In this document: one piece after another, positions 1 to 9,600 of the stretch
How positions within the stretch are numbered: position 1 is the stretch's first letter
How the letters are laid out: every line of letters starts with the position of its first letter
Origin: Gemmatimonadota bacterium
GTDB lineage: Bacteria > Gemmatimonadota > Gemmatimonadetes > Gemmatimonadales > GWC2-71-9
Direction: 5' to 3'
Assembly: GCA_039588295.1 (NCBI GenBank)
Contig: JBDHAB010000159.1
Coordinates: 1 to 20,949 of the forward strand
Length of the DNA stretch: 20,949 bases
Notes under the pieces: generated by a model
Databases searched by the model: none
What the model was told of the DNA's origin: nothing
The model's input: the letters and a program-made list of their open reading frames with translations, nothing else
Translations under genes and position numbers: made by a program

Positions 1-1
1 G

Positions 2-772
2 CTCGAGTTCGCGGAGCGGCACGGCATCGACGTCACGGCGACGAAGGAAAAACCCTTCAGCGAGGACGACAATCTGCTGCACCTCTCGCACGAGGCCGGT
101 ATTCTCGAGGATCCGCTGTACGAGGCTGGGGAGGAGGTGTACTCGAGAACGAATGCGCCGGAGCACGCTCCAAATATGCCGGCACGAATCGCGATCACGT
201 TCGCGGATGGCATTCCGGTCATGGTGAAGAACCTGGACGACGGGGTCACCAAGTCTCAACCGCTCGAGTTGTTCGAGTACTTGAACGAGCTTGGGAAACT
301 CCATGGGATCGGTCGTATGGATATGGTCGAGAACCGGTTTGTCGGGATCAAGTCACGTGGGATCTACGAGACGCCCGGCGGGACCATCCTGCATGTCGCG
401 CACATGGACATCGAGGGGATCGCGATGGACCGCGAGGTGATGCGGCTGCGGAACATGCTGACCGCCAAGCTTTCGGAACTGATCTACTACGGCTTCTGGT
501 TCAGTCCGGAGATGGATTTCCTGATGGCCGCCATCGACAAGAGCCAGGAGGTCATCGACGGAACCGTGCGTCTCAAGTTGTTCAAAGGCAACGTGATGGC
601 GGTTGGCCGCGAATGTTCGTCGTCCCTGTACGATCAGGAGCTCTCCAGCATGCACCTCGAAGGCGGCTACAAGCAGCAGGACGCCGAGGGGTTCATCAAG
701 ATCAACGCCATCCGGCTGATGGCGCACAGCGCCATCATGCATAAGAAACACAAGCACTGGGGGATCGAATGA
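2..772 (+). CDS. argG: Argininosuccinate synthase (5'-truncated by window edge)
   Basis: Frame is open from base 2 (LEFAERHGIDVTATKEKPFSEDDNLLHLSHEAGILEDP...). Contains the ArgG signature GRMDMVENRFVGIKSRGIYETPGGTIL. Its stop overlaps the argH start (ATGA). Confidence 0.97.
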   Translation, partial: LEFAERHGIDVTATKEKPFSEDDNLLHLSHEAGILEDPLYEAGEEVYSRTNAPEHAPNMPARIAITFADGIPVMVKNLDDGVTKSQPLELFEYLNELGKLHGIGRMDMVENRFVGIKSRGIYETPGGTILHVAHMDIEGIAMDREVMRLRNMLTAKLSELIYYGFWFSPEMDFLMAAIDKSQEVIDGTVRLKLFKGNVMAVGRECSSSLYDQELSSMHLEGGYKQQDAEGFIKINAIRLMAHSAIMHKKHKHWGIE

Positions 773-1959
773 TGACCCTCTGGGACAAAGGCGACCGCGT
801 GGACGAAGCCGTCCTGGCGTTCTCGGCGGGGAACGAATACATGCTCGACCAGCGGCTCGTGCCGTACGATTGCAGTGCGTCAATTGCGCATGTGACCATG
901 CTGGAGCAGATCGGCGCGCTGGACCCTGCCGAACGGGAGCAGCTCGTGGCGGGGCTCGAGCAGATCCGGCAAATGCATGGCGAGGGCGGATTCACGATCC
1001 AGCGGGAACAGGAAGACTGCCATACCGCGATCGAAGAATGGCTCACGGATCGCGTGGGCGAGGCGGGAAAGAAGATCCATCTCGGACGGTCACGCAACGA
1101 TCAAGTCCTCACAGCCCTGCGCCTGTACGAAAAGGAGGCCCTGGGACGTGTTCGCGAACTCCTCGGCCACTTCGAGCACACCGTGACCGCCCAGTCGGAG
1201 ACCCACGGTTCGGTGCCGATGCCGGGCTACACTCACATGCGCCGAGCGATGCCGACCACGGTGGGGACCTGGCTTGCCGCGTTCGCCGCGGCGGCGAGGG
1301 ACGACCGGCTCCTCCTCGACTCCATCCTGACACTGATCGATCAGTCGCCACTCGGAACCGGCGCCGGATACGGAGTCCCCGTCTTCGAACTCGACCGCAC
1401 GACGACCGCGGAAGCCATGGGATTCGCCAGCGTGCAGGAAAACCCGATCCATGCCCACATGAGCAGGGGGAAGTACGAGGGGATCATCCTCTCGGTCCTG
1501 ACCGAGATCATGTTCGACCTCAACCGTTTGGCGACCGATCTCCTGCTGTTCTCGATGACCGAGTTCGGATTCCTTCGGCTCCCGACACACCTGTGCACCG
1601 GCTCGTCGATCATGCCGCAGAAGAAGAACGCCGACGTCCTCGAGCTGGTGCGGGGTCAGTATCACGTCGTAGCAGCCGAGGAGTTCAAGGTGAAGAACCT
1701 CATCGGCAACTTGATGACCGGGTATCAGCGCGACCTCGGCCTCACCAAGGAACCCCTCTTCAGGGGGTTCGATACGACGCTGGCGTGCCTTCAGATCATG
1801 ACTCGCGCCGTCGGCGAGGTGGAGGTCGACGCCGAAGCCTGCAGGGCAGCGATGAGCGAGGATCTGTATGCAACCGAGGAAGCCTACAGACTGGTGAAGG
1901 ACGGCATGCCGTTTCGGGAGGCCTACCGACGGATCGGAAAGCAATACCGCGATTTGTAG
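769..1959 (+). CDS. argH: Argininosuccinate lyase
   Basis: Fumarase/ASL superfamily motifs HLGRSRNDQV, MPGYTHMRRAMP and TGSSIMPQKKNADVLEL; translationally coupled to argG. Confidence 0.96.
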   Translation: MMTLWDKGDRVDEAVLAFSAGNEYMLDQRLVPYDCSASIAHVTMLEQIGALDPAEREQLVAGLEQIRQMHGEGGFTIQREQEDCHTAIEEWLTDRVGEAGKKIHLGRSRNDQVLTALRLYEKEALGRVRELLGHFEHTVTAQSETHGSVPMPGYTHMRRAMPTTVGTWLAAFAAAARDDRLLLDSILTLIDQSPLGTGAGYGVPVFELDRTTTAEAMGFASVQENPIHAHMSRGKYEGIILSVLTEIMFDLNRLATDLLLFSMTEFGFLRLPTHLCTGSSIMPQKKNADVLELVRGQYHVVAAEEFKVKNLIGNLMTGYQRDLGLTKEPLFRGFDTTLACLQIMTRAVGEVEVDAEACRAAMSEDLYATEEAYRLVKDGMPFREAYRRIGKQYRDL

Positions 1960-1961
1960 GG

Positions 1962-3134
1962 TCAGTCCCGCGCTTCCGCCGCCATGCTTGCGAGCGCCAG
2001 TAGGATTCTCCCCGGACTCAACCGGATGCCGCGGAAATCGCTCGTGTTGACCTGCACGGCAACGGCGACATCGTGGTCGGGGAAATAGGCCATCTCGGTC
2101 AGGTAGCCCGGAAAGAACCCGCTGTGCCCCTGGCTCGCGCCAAGGGGAGTGGCACGCAGGATCACGCCGAGCCCGTACCGCGTGTTCGGGCCGAGCCGCG
2201 CGGGCACGCCGTCGAGCATCACGGGCAGCATCGATGCGTCGAACGCAACACCCTCGTACAACAGCTTTCCCCAGCGGGCCAGGTCCACGGCGGTCGAGGC
2301 GATGCCACCTCCAGTCCATTCGAACTGCGGGTTGATCACGAACTCGCCATCCACCAGCACGGCGTCAGGAATCCCGAACGGGTTCTCCGCGCCCGCATAG
2401 CCCTGCACCAGACCGGGAATCCTCCTGGAGTTGGACGGTACGGTATTGGCCAAGCCGAGCGGCTCGAGGAGGCGTCGGCGTAGCTCGTCGTAGTAGGCGG
2501 TTCCAGTGAGCCGCTCGAGTACCATGCCAAGGATGATGTAGTTCGTGTCCGAGTACTCCCAGCCATCCCCCGCGGCGAACGGCGCCTCGGAATCGAACAG
2601 ATACGCCACCTGCTCGGTGGGCTGCCACACCCTGCCGGGATCGGCGAGGAGGTCGGCGATGAACCGGTCGTCGAACTCGTAGCGGATGATCCCGCTCGTG
2701 TGGTTCATGAGTTGTCGGACGGTGACGTCCCGATGGTTCGGAAGGCGCGCGAACCACGGCTCGCCTCCGAGATAGGTGGAAACCTCGGCATCGAGGTCGA
2801 GCACTCCGGCATGGATGAGCTGCATCGCGATCGCCGCGACGTACGTCTTACCTACGCTCCCCTGAAGCATGCGGCTCGACGGGGTCATGGGAATGCCCCG
2901 TACCGTGTCGGCCATTCCCGCAGCCAATCCGAACGACGTTCCGTCCGCGAGCACGATGCCGGCCGTGACCCCGGGCGCCCCACTCTCAGCATGCAGTCGT
3001 TCGAGTTCCGCCTGCAGCGCGCCGCGAAGCGGCAGCGATCGCCGCGCCGGCTCCTGCGCGGAGATCCCGGTCGTCACCGCCACCGCGACGGCGACAAACG
3101 GTAGAGCCGACCGCCTCACACTTGCACCCATCAT
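1962..3134 (-). CDS. Secreted serine hydrolase, beta-lactamase/D-Ala-D-Ala carboxypeptidase (S12) family
   Basis: SxxK (GSVGKT), LMNHTSGI, YSDTNY and GHSG motifs. Start moved from 3383 to the ATG at 3134/3131, which precedes a signal-peptide-like stretch (RRSALPFVAVAVAVTTGISA). Confidence 0.9.
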   Translation of the reverse strand: MMGASVRRSALPFVAVAVAVTTGISAQEPARRSLPLRGALQAELERLHAESGAPGVTAGIVLADGTSFGLAAGMADTVRGIPMTPSSRMLQGSVGKTYVAAIAMQLIHAGVLDLDAEVSTYLGGEPWFARLPNHRDVTVRQLMNHTSGIIRYEFDDRFIADLLADPGRVWQPTEQVAYLFDSEAPFAAGDGWEYSDTNYIILGMVLERLTGTAYYDELRRRLLEPLGLANTVPSNSRRIPGLVQGYAGAENPFGIPDAVLVDGEFVINPQFEWTGGGIASTAVDLARWGKLLYEGVAFDASMLPVMLDGVPARLGPNTRYGLGVILRATPLGASQGHSGFFPGYLTEMAYFPDHDVAVAVQVNTSDFRGIRLSPGRILLALASMAAEARD

Positions 3135-3312
3135 CCTATGCGCCCCAGGTTCACAGACCCCTACGTGGGACGAGCGGGCCAGCTGCGCGACCCTGTTGCG
3201 GACTATGCCGACTGGCATAACGTGCTCCTCCCGACCCGGTTGCGACGCCCGGCGTTCGCGCGCTACGATCCTGGTACGCTTCGCCAACCTCTCCGGACCC
3301 GCTGGAGGAAAG

Positions 3313-4857
3313 ATGCACGTTCCGGCACGCTGGCTCAAAGCAACACTTGTCGGGCTCGGCACGGCGCTCGCTTCCCCGTGCACTGCGTTCGCACAGGAAG
3401 ACGGGCTGGCCGTGGCCCGCGCCCATCGGGAGCGCTACGGCGCGGAGATCATCGGGGACTTTGCGGCCTTGCTTGCCCTGCCAAACGTGGCGTCGGACAC
3501 CGCAGGGATCGTTCGCAACGCGGCGTACCTGCACGACGCGCTGCGTGAGCTAGGCGTACGAGCAGAGCTTCTCACCGTGCCCGGCGCGTCGCCCATCGTC
3601 TATGGAGAGCTGACGGTACCGGGGGCCACGAGGACGCTCGCGCTCTACGCACATTACGATGGCCAACCGGCCGACCCGAGCCGCTGGACCCACGGGCCAT
3701 GGAACCCCGTCCTGTACACCCGAGCCATGGATGCCGGCGGTGTCGAGCGGGCGTTTCCGGTCACCGGCGAGGTGATCCATCCGGAGTGGCGTATCTACGC
3801 CCGCTCCGCCGGTGACGACAAGGTTCCGATCGGCGCACTGCTTGCGGTGTTGCGGGCGTTTCGGGACGCGGGCATCCACCCCACATCCAACTTCGTGTTG
3901 TTCTTCGAAGGGGAGGAAGAGGCCGGCTCCACCCATCTCCGTGCCTACCTCGAGGCCAATCGCGACCGGCTGGCCGGCATCGACGCTTGGCTATTCCTGG
4001 ACGGTCCCGTGCATCAGAGCGGCCGGCCCCTGCTGGCGTTCGGCGTCCGCGGTGTCACCGGCATCGAAGTGACGGTCTACGGGCCCGTTCGTTCGCTGCA
4101 CTCCGGTCACTATGGGAACTGGGCACCCGTGCCCGGGCAGATGCTGGCCGGTCTCCTGGCGAGCATGAAGGACGACGATGGCCGCGTGCTGGTGGACGGA
4201 TTCTACGACACCGTCGAGCCACTAGGCGACGCCGAGCGAGATGCGCTCGCCCGACTTCCGGCCTACGACGCGGAACTCAAGCGCGAGCTGGGTCTGGCCA
4301 GGACCGAGGGCGATCCGGCCACCTTGGCGGAGCGGTTGCTGCTGCCCGCACTCACCGTGCGCGGGCTCGCGAGTGGCAACGTAGGTGCGCTCGCACGGAA
4401 CGTCATTCCCTCGACCGCGACCGCTACGCTGGGCATCCGGCTGGTCAAGGGCAACGATCCGGATCACATGAAGGACCTGGTGGAGGCACACATCCGCCGG
4501 CAAGGCTACCACATCGTGCGCGAGGACCCCGATCTCGAAATGCGGCTTCGGCACGCGCGCATCGCGAAGGTAGTACGCAGAGGCGGGTACCCGGCAGCGC
4601 GCACGTCGATGGGTCTGCCGATCGTCCGGCAACTGGTGGAAGCCGCCCGACGAGCGACCGATCGCGAACTCGTCCTGCTGCCGGGAATGGGTGGATCGCT
4701 GCCGCTCTATCTCTTCACCGATCTTCTCGGCAAGCCTGCGGTGATCGTACCGGTGGCAAACCACGATGACAACCAGCACGCGCCCGATGAGAACCTCCGC
4801 ATCGGGAATCTGTGGTACGCGATCGATCTGTTCGGAGCGGTGCTGACGATGCCGTAA
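3313..4857 (+). CDS. M20/M25/M40 family metallopeptidase, secreted
   Basis: HYDGQP, ARSAGDDK, EGEEEAGS, HSGHYGN and HAPDEN motifs. GGAGG RBS at 3304-3308 before ATG 3313; signal peptide ending AFA-Q. Confidence 0.92.
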   Translation: MHVPARWLKATLVGLGTALASPCTAFAQEDGLAVARAHRERYGAEIIGDFAALLALPNVASDTAGIVRNAAYLHDALRELGVRAELLTVPGASPIVYGELTVPGATRTLALYAHYDGQPADPSRWTHGPWNPVLYTRAMDAGGVERAFPVTGEVIHPEWRIYARSAGDDKVPIGALLAVLRAFRDAGIHPTSNFVLFFEGEEEAGSTHLRAYLEANRDRLAGIDAWLFLDGPVHQSGRPLLAFGVRGVTGIEVTVYGPVRSLHSGHYGNWAPVPGQMLAGLLASMKDDDGRVLVDGFYDTVEPLGDAERDALARLPAYDAELKRELGLARTEGDPATLAERLLLPALTVRGLASGNVGALARNVIPSTATATLGIRLVKGNDPDHMKDLVEAHIRRQGYHIVREDPDLEMRLRHARIAKVVRRGGYPAARTSMGLPIVRQLVEAARRATDRELVLLPGMGGSLPLYLFTDLLGKPAVIVPVANHDDNQHAPDENLRIGNLWYAIDLFGAVLTMP

Positions 4858-4872
4858 CGGCTGTTCGGCGCG

Positions 4873-5268
4873 TCAGTTGAGCACTCCGGCCAGAATGTCC
4901 ACGACGAGGCCGCTGGCTTCGAGCAGCACGACGCGATCACCGACTATTGAGATCTCGAGACCCGGTCGGCGTGGGAGGCGGGTTGCCAGCGCTGCGGGCA
5001 GCTGTCGCTTTGCGATACCCGGCGGAAGTGGCTTGCCGCGAGCAAGGTTCTTCGCGATCCCGGGCGGCAACGCCCTCGCGTCGTACGCGTGCGCGGTGAA
5101 ATACTCGGTGACGATGCGCCGTTCCGTCACCGAGAAGCCCACCGACACGGACACATCGGCGTGCACGGTTCGTTCTTTCCCTTTGCCACGTTCCTGCGCG
5201 ACGGCTCGCGGTGCGAAGGCGAGCACCATGCAGCAGGCAGCGAGTGTGGCGGCGGCAGCACGGGTCAT
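4873..5268 (-). CDS. Small exported protein, CigR/RcnB-like
   Basis: Tandem LPPGIAKNLARGKPLPPGIAKR motif typical of CigR-family proteins; signal peptide MTRAAAATLAACCMVLAFAPRAVA; GGAGAGG upstream of ATG 5268. Confidence 0.75.
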   Translation of the reverse strand: MTRAAAATLAACCMVLAFAPRAVAQERGKGKERTVHADVSVSVGFSVTERRIVTEYFTAHAYDARALPPGIAKNLARGKPLPPGIAKRQLPAALATRLPRRPGLEISIVGDRVVLLEASGLVVDILAGVLN

Positions 5269-5416
5269 TGTCGACCTCTCCAGAGTCTGAGGCGGAGTTC
5301 CGGTGTTCAGCCCGCAAGGAGCCAGAGGCCAACCTAAGTGATCTCGCCGTCCTCCTGCGTGATCGTCGTCACCGTTCTCCTTCCCACCCGCCGTGCGGCG
5401 CTGGCGGGCGATCCCG

Positions 5417-6295
5417 CTAGTGGCAGAGCGACCCACCCATGTCCCCAACTTGGCCGTCGTCGGTGACAAACTCCCACTCGTACGCGGTCGCTCGCAAGGT
5501 CAGCTTGAGCACGCCGAACGCGCGGCTGATTCGGACTTCGCTATGAGAGGCAATCGCGTCGAAGTCTCGCAAGCTCGCGCCGCCGGTGCCGACGACGAAT
5601 TGCCGAATGCCGCGACTGCGATCGAGATCGCCCGCAGGAGTCTGCGGAGCAAAACGCTCGTAGTCGTGATCGTGACCATTGATGATGACGTCGACCCCTG
5701 CAGCGTACAACACCTCCCACAGATCTGCGACGGAGGGGTCGTTCCCATGGGTCCCCGAGCTAAAGCGGGGATGGTGCCAATAGGCGACGGTACACAGCAT
5801 ACTGCTTGCCGAGAGGTCCGCCGTCAGCCACTCCAGCTGTGGCGAGTGCGGTGACATGTCGATGTTGCTGTTGAGAGCCAAGACGTGCCACACACCCAGC
5901 TCATAGGAGTAGTAGCCCCGATTCGGGTCACCCGCGTTCGCGCCGAAATAGGCGAAATAGCCAGCCGCTCCCGGTGTACGGTAGTCATGATTTCCCGGTG
6001 ACGGTCGCGTGCGTGACTTGTGTCGGCCCCACGAGGGATCGTAACAGTCTGCGAACTCTCCCGCACTGCCGTTGGAATACGCATTGTCACCCGCCGTAAA
6101 CACGGTGCCCGAGATGCTATCGAGGAGTCTTGCCGTGGCCTCATCGCCGTCGTCACCGCACTTTGCGATGTCTCCGGCGCCGACCAGGGTCTCGAGGATC
6201 CCCGGGGCGGGTGCCTCGGCTGGTCCCGTCTCGCAAGCCGACACACACAACGCCAGACCCACAACGACGCCGACACAGGTGACACCAACTCGCAC
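5417..6295 (-). CDS. Calcineurin-like metallophosphoesterase (probable lipoprotein phosphatase)
   Basis: GAGDI, AGDNAY, PGNHDY, HHP and GHDHDYER motifs; hydrophobic N-terminus with possible lipobox VSAC. Confidence 0.9.
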   Translation of the reverse strand: MRVGVTCVGVVVGLALCVSACETGPAEAPAPGILETLVGAGDIAKCGDDGDEATARLLDSISGTVFTAGDNAYSNGSAGEFADCYDPSWGRHKSRTRPSPGNHDYRTPGAAGYFAYFGANAGDPNRGYYSYELGVWHVLALNSNIDMSPHSPQLEWLTADLSASSMLCTVAYWHHPRFSSGTHGNDPSVADLWEVLYAAGVDVIINGHDHDYERFAPQTPAGDLDRSRGIRQFVVGTGGASLRDFDAIASHSEVRISRAFGVLKLTLRATAYEWEFVTDDGQVGDMGGSLCH

Positions 6296-6402
6296 GCTGC
6301 GCTCCCAGTGGTTTCCTAGGGATACCCTAGACGGTAGCGCTTCGCTCGCGTCCGGCCGTAACGGGGATCACAACGGTCCTGACGGCCGCAGCACGCAGCG
6401 AC

Positions 6403-7293
6403 CTAGTGGTGCTCGCGCTGGAGGCTCTGGTACACGAACTCCACGAACCGCTCGGGGTTGATGAACGCTTGCCCCCAGGCCTCGTCATGATCGGCCATGA
6501 GATTCGCGGCCTTGATCTCGTCGAGTGTCGACCCGTCGGCGATGGCGGCCGCCACCCTGGTGCGCGCCAGGGCCAGCACGGCCCGGAAACGCTCGAGGTT
6601 GCCTCGCGTCGCGAGCGCCCCGTGACCCGGGATGATCTTGGTCTCGTCGTCGGCGATCGCCAACACCTGATCCGCGGCAGCGATCATTCCGTTCACGTCC
6701 CCACCGCTCCCGATATCGATGAACGGGTAGGTGCCATTGAAGAAGGTATCGCCCATGTGTATCACGTTCGCCCCGCGAAAGTGAATGATCGCGTCACCAT
6801 CGGTGTGCGCATGCGGCACATGGAACACGTGGAGCTCATCCCCGTTCAGATGAAAGGTGACGGTCTCGTTGAACGTGACGACGGGAAGTGCCTCCTCCGG
6901 CGACGGCGGCACCGTGCGCCCCAGCGCTTCCATGACCTGCTCGACGCTCATGCGCTGCCGCACGTTGTCGTGCGCGACGATGAGAGCGCCCATCTTCCCC
7001 ATGTTCTCGTTTCCGCCAACGTGGTCCCCGTGCCAGTGGGTGTTGACCACGAATCGAATGGGCTCATCGCTGAACCCGCGAATGGCCGCCACGATCTTCT
7101 CGGTGAGCGGTGCGTATTGGTCGTCGATTACGAACACACCGTCGGTCCCGGAGGAAACGCCGATATTCCCGCCCTGGCCGATAAGCATGTGCACACCGGG
7201 CCCGACCGCCACGGTCTGGATCTGAACGTCTTGCTGGGCGACGAGGGTGGATGCAGTGATAACGAAGGCCGAAAGAGCAACGCCGAACCGCAT
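6403..7293 (-). CDS. MBL-fold metallo-hydrolase (cyclase/glyoxalase II-like), secreted
   Basis: THWHGDH (HxHxDH), HTDGD, HMGD and PGHG motifs. Real start is likely ATG 7293 (MRFGVALSAF, GAGGAG upstream), not 8154. Confidence 0.9.
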   Translation of the reverse strand: MRFGVALSAFVITASTLVAQQDVQIQTVAVGPGVHMLIGQGGNIGVSSGTDGVFVIDDQYAPLTEKIVAAIRGFSDEPIRFVVNTHWHGDHVGGNENMGKMGALIVAHDNVRQRMSVEQVMEALGRTVPPSPEEALPVVTFNETVTFHLNGDELHVFHVPHAHTDGDAIIHFRGANVIHMGDTFFNGTYPFIDIGSGGDVNGMIAAADQVLAIADDETKIIPGHGALATRGNLERFRAVLALARTRVAAAIADGSTLDEIKAANLMADHDEAWGQAFINPERFVEFVYQSLQREHH

Positions 7294-7566
7294 AGAGGAC
7301 TCCTCAAAGCTGGGGGAAGCCGAAGGGGCGCAAGCTACCGAGCAGTGCGGGTCTTGCCAACCCCGACAGCTTTCGTCGGACAGGCGGATTTGGGTGCATC
7401 GGCTCGGTGCGCCGGCGGAACTCGCGAATAAGCAGCTATGCTTACGTGTAGCGGTGAGTGGAGTCGGCGGTGCGAGGAAGGTGGACAATGGCGGCCGACT
7501 GTCGTTGCATCCATGGTCACGCGTCGCCACATACAAACGCAGACAGGACACAACGGGAGGCACCAG

Positions 7567-8358
7567 ATGAGTCATCGACACAGGCGGGTGACGGGCGGAG
7601 TCGCGCTGGCGGCTGTCGTGAGTCTGTTGGGGTGCGCCAGCAGCGGCACCACGCGAAGCATGGAACCGGCCGTCGCGCCGTCGCTTGCCGCGCACGGCGT
7701 GTACGCGCGCTACATCGAGGCCATGGGCGGGCGGGCTGCGCTCGAACAGTACACGTCGACACACGTGGTCGGTCAGTTCCTCATGCCGTCCCAGGGCATC
7801 GACGGAGACCTGGAGGTGTTCGCGGCGGCGCCAAACCGGATTGCGATTCGCGTCGACATCCCCGGCTTTGGCACGGTGAACAATGGCTTCAACGGTGAGG
7901 TGGGTTGGACCATCAACCCGGCGGTGGGATCGTCGGTCCTCGAGGGAAGGGCGCTCAACCAGATGCGCCAGGAGGCGGACTTCCTCGGTCCACTCAACGT
8001 CGAGGCGTACGTCGACACCGCGGAGGTCGTCGAGGACACGGAGTTCGAGGGAAAGATGTGCCACAAGGTCCGCGTGGTGACGCGGTGGGGTGAAGAATAC
8101 GTCGAGTTCTATGACGTCGCGAGCGGCCTTCTGATGGGGGGAATCCGCGCGCAAGAGTCGCCGATGGGCCCGATGGAGACCACCACCGTGCTGTCCGACT
8201 ATCAGGAATTCGGCGGGATCATGATTCCGACGCGTATGGTGCAGCGGACGGCGGGGGTGGAACAGGTCATTACCGTCAGCGCCGTCGACTATGATACCGT
8301 CGATCCCGCCGTGTTCGCCGTGCCTGAGGAAATTGAGAGGCTGCTGAAGAAGCAGTAA
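7567..8358 (+). CDS. Putative lipoprotein, beta-rich (LolA-like/lipoprotein-sorting type, function unknown)
   Basis: GGGAGG RBS before ATG 7567; lipobox LLGC; RYIEAMGGRAALE N-terminal motif and SDYQEFGGIMIP...FAVP C-terminal motif, which I associate with this group of exported proteins. Confidence 0.7.
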   Translation: MSHRHRRVTGGVALAAVVSLLGCASSGTTRSMEPAVAPSLAAHGVYARYIEAMGGRAALEQYTSTHVVGQFLMPSQGIDGDLEVFAAAPNRIAIRVDIPGFGTVNNGFNGEVGWTINPAVGSSVLEGRALNQMRQEADFLGPLNVEAYVDTAEVVEDTEFEGKMCHKVRVVTRWGEEYVEFYDVASGLLMGGIRAQESPMGPMETTTVLSDYQEFGGIMIPTRMVQRTAGVEQVITVSAVDYDTVDPAVFAVPEEIERLLKKQ

Positions 8359-8382
8359 GCAGCACGGGAGCCTCGATCGGAC

Positions 8383-9600
8383 TTACCCGGTCCGGTCGAG
8401 GCGCCCCTCGGCTTGTCGAGCGAACCGTCTCCAGGCGCGTCCGATCCAGAGGGCCAAGGGCCAGGCAATGAGACACAGGATCGCCCGATGCATGAGGCGC
8501 ACGGCGCGCCGCCATAGCATGCCGATCGGGGGACTCAGGCGCTCCACCGACCCGACGATACGGTAGGCAGACGGCCCGGTCGACGGTACCAGCAGTCGGG
8601 CCCACAGCGAGCGGCGCTCCTCGCGACCGGCCTGGATGGCGAACACCCACTGCACCAATTGGTGAACCTCGAGGAAGACGCGGCGTCGACCTGCCCGCCG
8701 CATGATCTCGTACATGGCGTACCGCGAGAATGCGACCGACTGGAAGGCATCCACCACCGGTGCTTCATTGGCAACGGCCTCGGCCATGTCGAAGTACAGG
8801 CCAAGCGGTTTGGCGAAGCGATCGGCGCGCGTGCGCCGGCGGATTTCGGCTCGCTCATCCAGCGAGCACGCTCCCAGCCCATCCGACAGCAGTACGACAT
8901 CACGCAGCCGGCCGCGTCGATTGAAGTGAGCCGCAGTGGCGTGGTAGCACAGGTACCAGGCATGTTCCACCGGTTCGAGTCCAAGCAGGCCAGGTGCCAC
9001 CGCAACAGCACGCTTCCACACATGGTCGGGGGTGGGAGTCCCATCCGCTTCAGTGGTGTGATGCACTTCGACAGGCATGGCGCCGTCAATGTACTGGGCG
9101 GCGGCGTGCCTGGTGGATGCGTACCGCCCCTCGCCTGCTGAGCGCGTACGGAGCCAGGCGATCACTGCCGGCATATCGCCTGCGGGCACGAGCATGTCGA
9201 GGTCGGCAAGACCCAGTACGAGGCTCGACCCGCGTGCCAGGGGCACGCCACCCTTCAACACGAGGACCCGCCACCCCCGTTCCGTTGCCGCCGTTCCAAT
9301 CTCGTCCAGCTGCGCACGAGCACGGAGCGCCCGCAGCGACTCGACGCGCCGGTGCTTAGCCAGCGGCTGTCGCACCTCCTCCGGCAGGTCTCGCAGGCGG
9401 TCGACCCGCTCCAGCCTCGCCGCCACAAGAGCGGCACAGCGCTCGGTGCGGAGGAACACGTCCCACGCCACCGGTGACGCCTCCACCGCCCTGGCCCACC
9501 GGGCTGCGTCGATTTCCTCCTGAGGCCCGAGGATGTCGATGGCGAGGGCGCGGACTGCCATCGCCTCGGCGGCCACTCGGATCGCTGTCAGCTCACCCAT
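8383..9600 (-). CDS. Nucleotidyltransferase family protein (NTP_transf_5-like)
   Basis: VLVLKGG...LADLDMLV (LKG plus DxD), VEVHH and RLRDVVLL motifs. Start placed at ATG 9600 (MGELTA), overlapping the upstream gene by 13 nt. Confidence 0.85.
   Translation of the reverse strand: MGELTAIRVAAEAMAVRALAIDILGPQEEIDAARWARAVEASPVAWDVFLRTERCAALVAARLERVDRLRDLPEEVRQPLAKHRRVESLRALRARAQLDEIGTAATERGWRVLVLKGGVPLARGSSLVLGLADLDMLVPAGDMPAVIAWLRTRSAGEGRYASTRHAAAQYIDGAMPVEVHHTTEADGTPTPDHVWKRAVAVAPGLLGLEPVEHAWYLCYHATAAHFNRRGRLRDVVLLSDGLGACSLDERAEIRRRTRADRFAKPLGLYFDMAEAVANEAPVVDAFQSVAFSRYAMYEIMRRAGRRRVFLEVHQLVQWVFAIQAGREERRSLWARLLVPSTGPSAYRIVGSVERLSPPIGMLWRRAVRLMHRAILCLIAWPLALWIGRAWRRFARQAEGRLDRTG

Noticed and set aside
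2869..3383. Long upstream extensions of the 662-aa and 473-aa ORFs (likewise 7294-8154, 9601-9756 and 18748-18831)
   Set aside because: They overlap neighbouring genes, have low-complexity translations, and downstream starts have better RBS, signal peptide or Ntn-Cys evidence.
1962..7293. Antibiotic-resistance beta-lactamases (serine type at 1962-3134, MBL at 6403-7293)
   Set aside because: Only superfamily motifs are present; both superfamilies are mostly non-resistance hydrolases and there is no mobile-element context.
7363..7379. CCGAC-N7-GTCGG hairpin in the 7294-7566 divergent intergenic region as a riboswitch or ncRNA
   Set aside because: Only a 5-bp stem with no recognisable family consensus; an Rfam scan would be needed.
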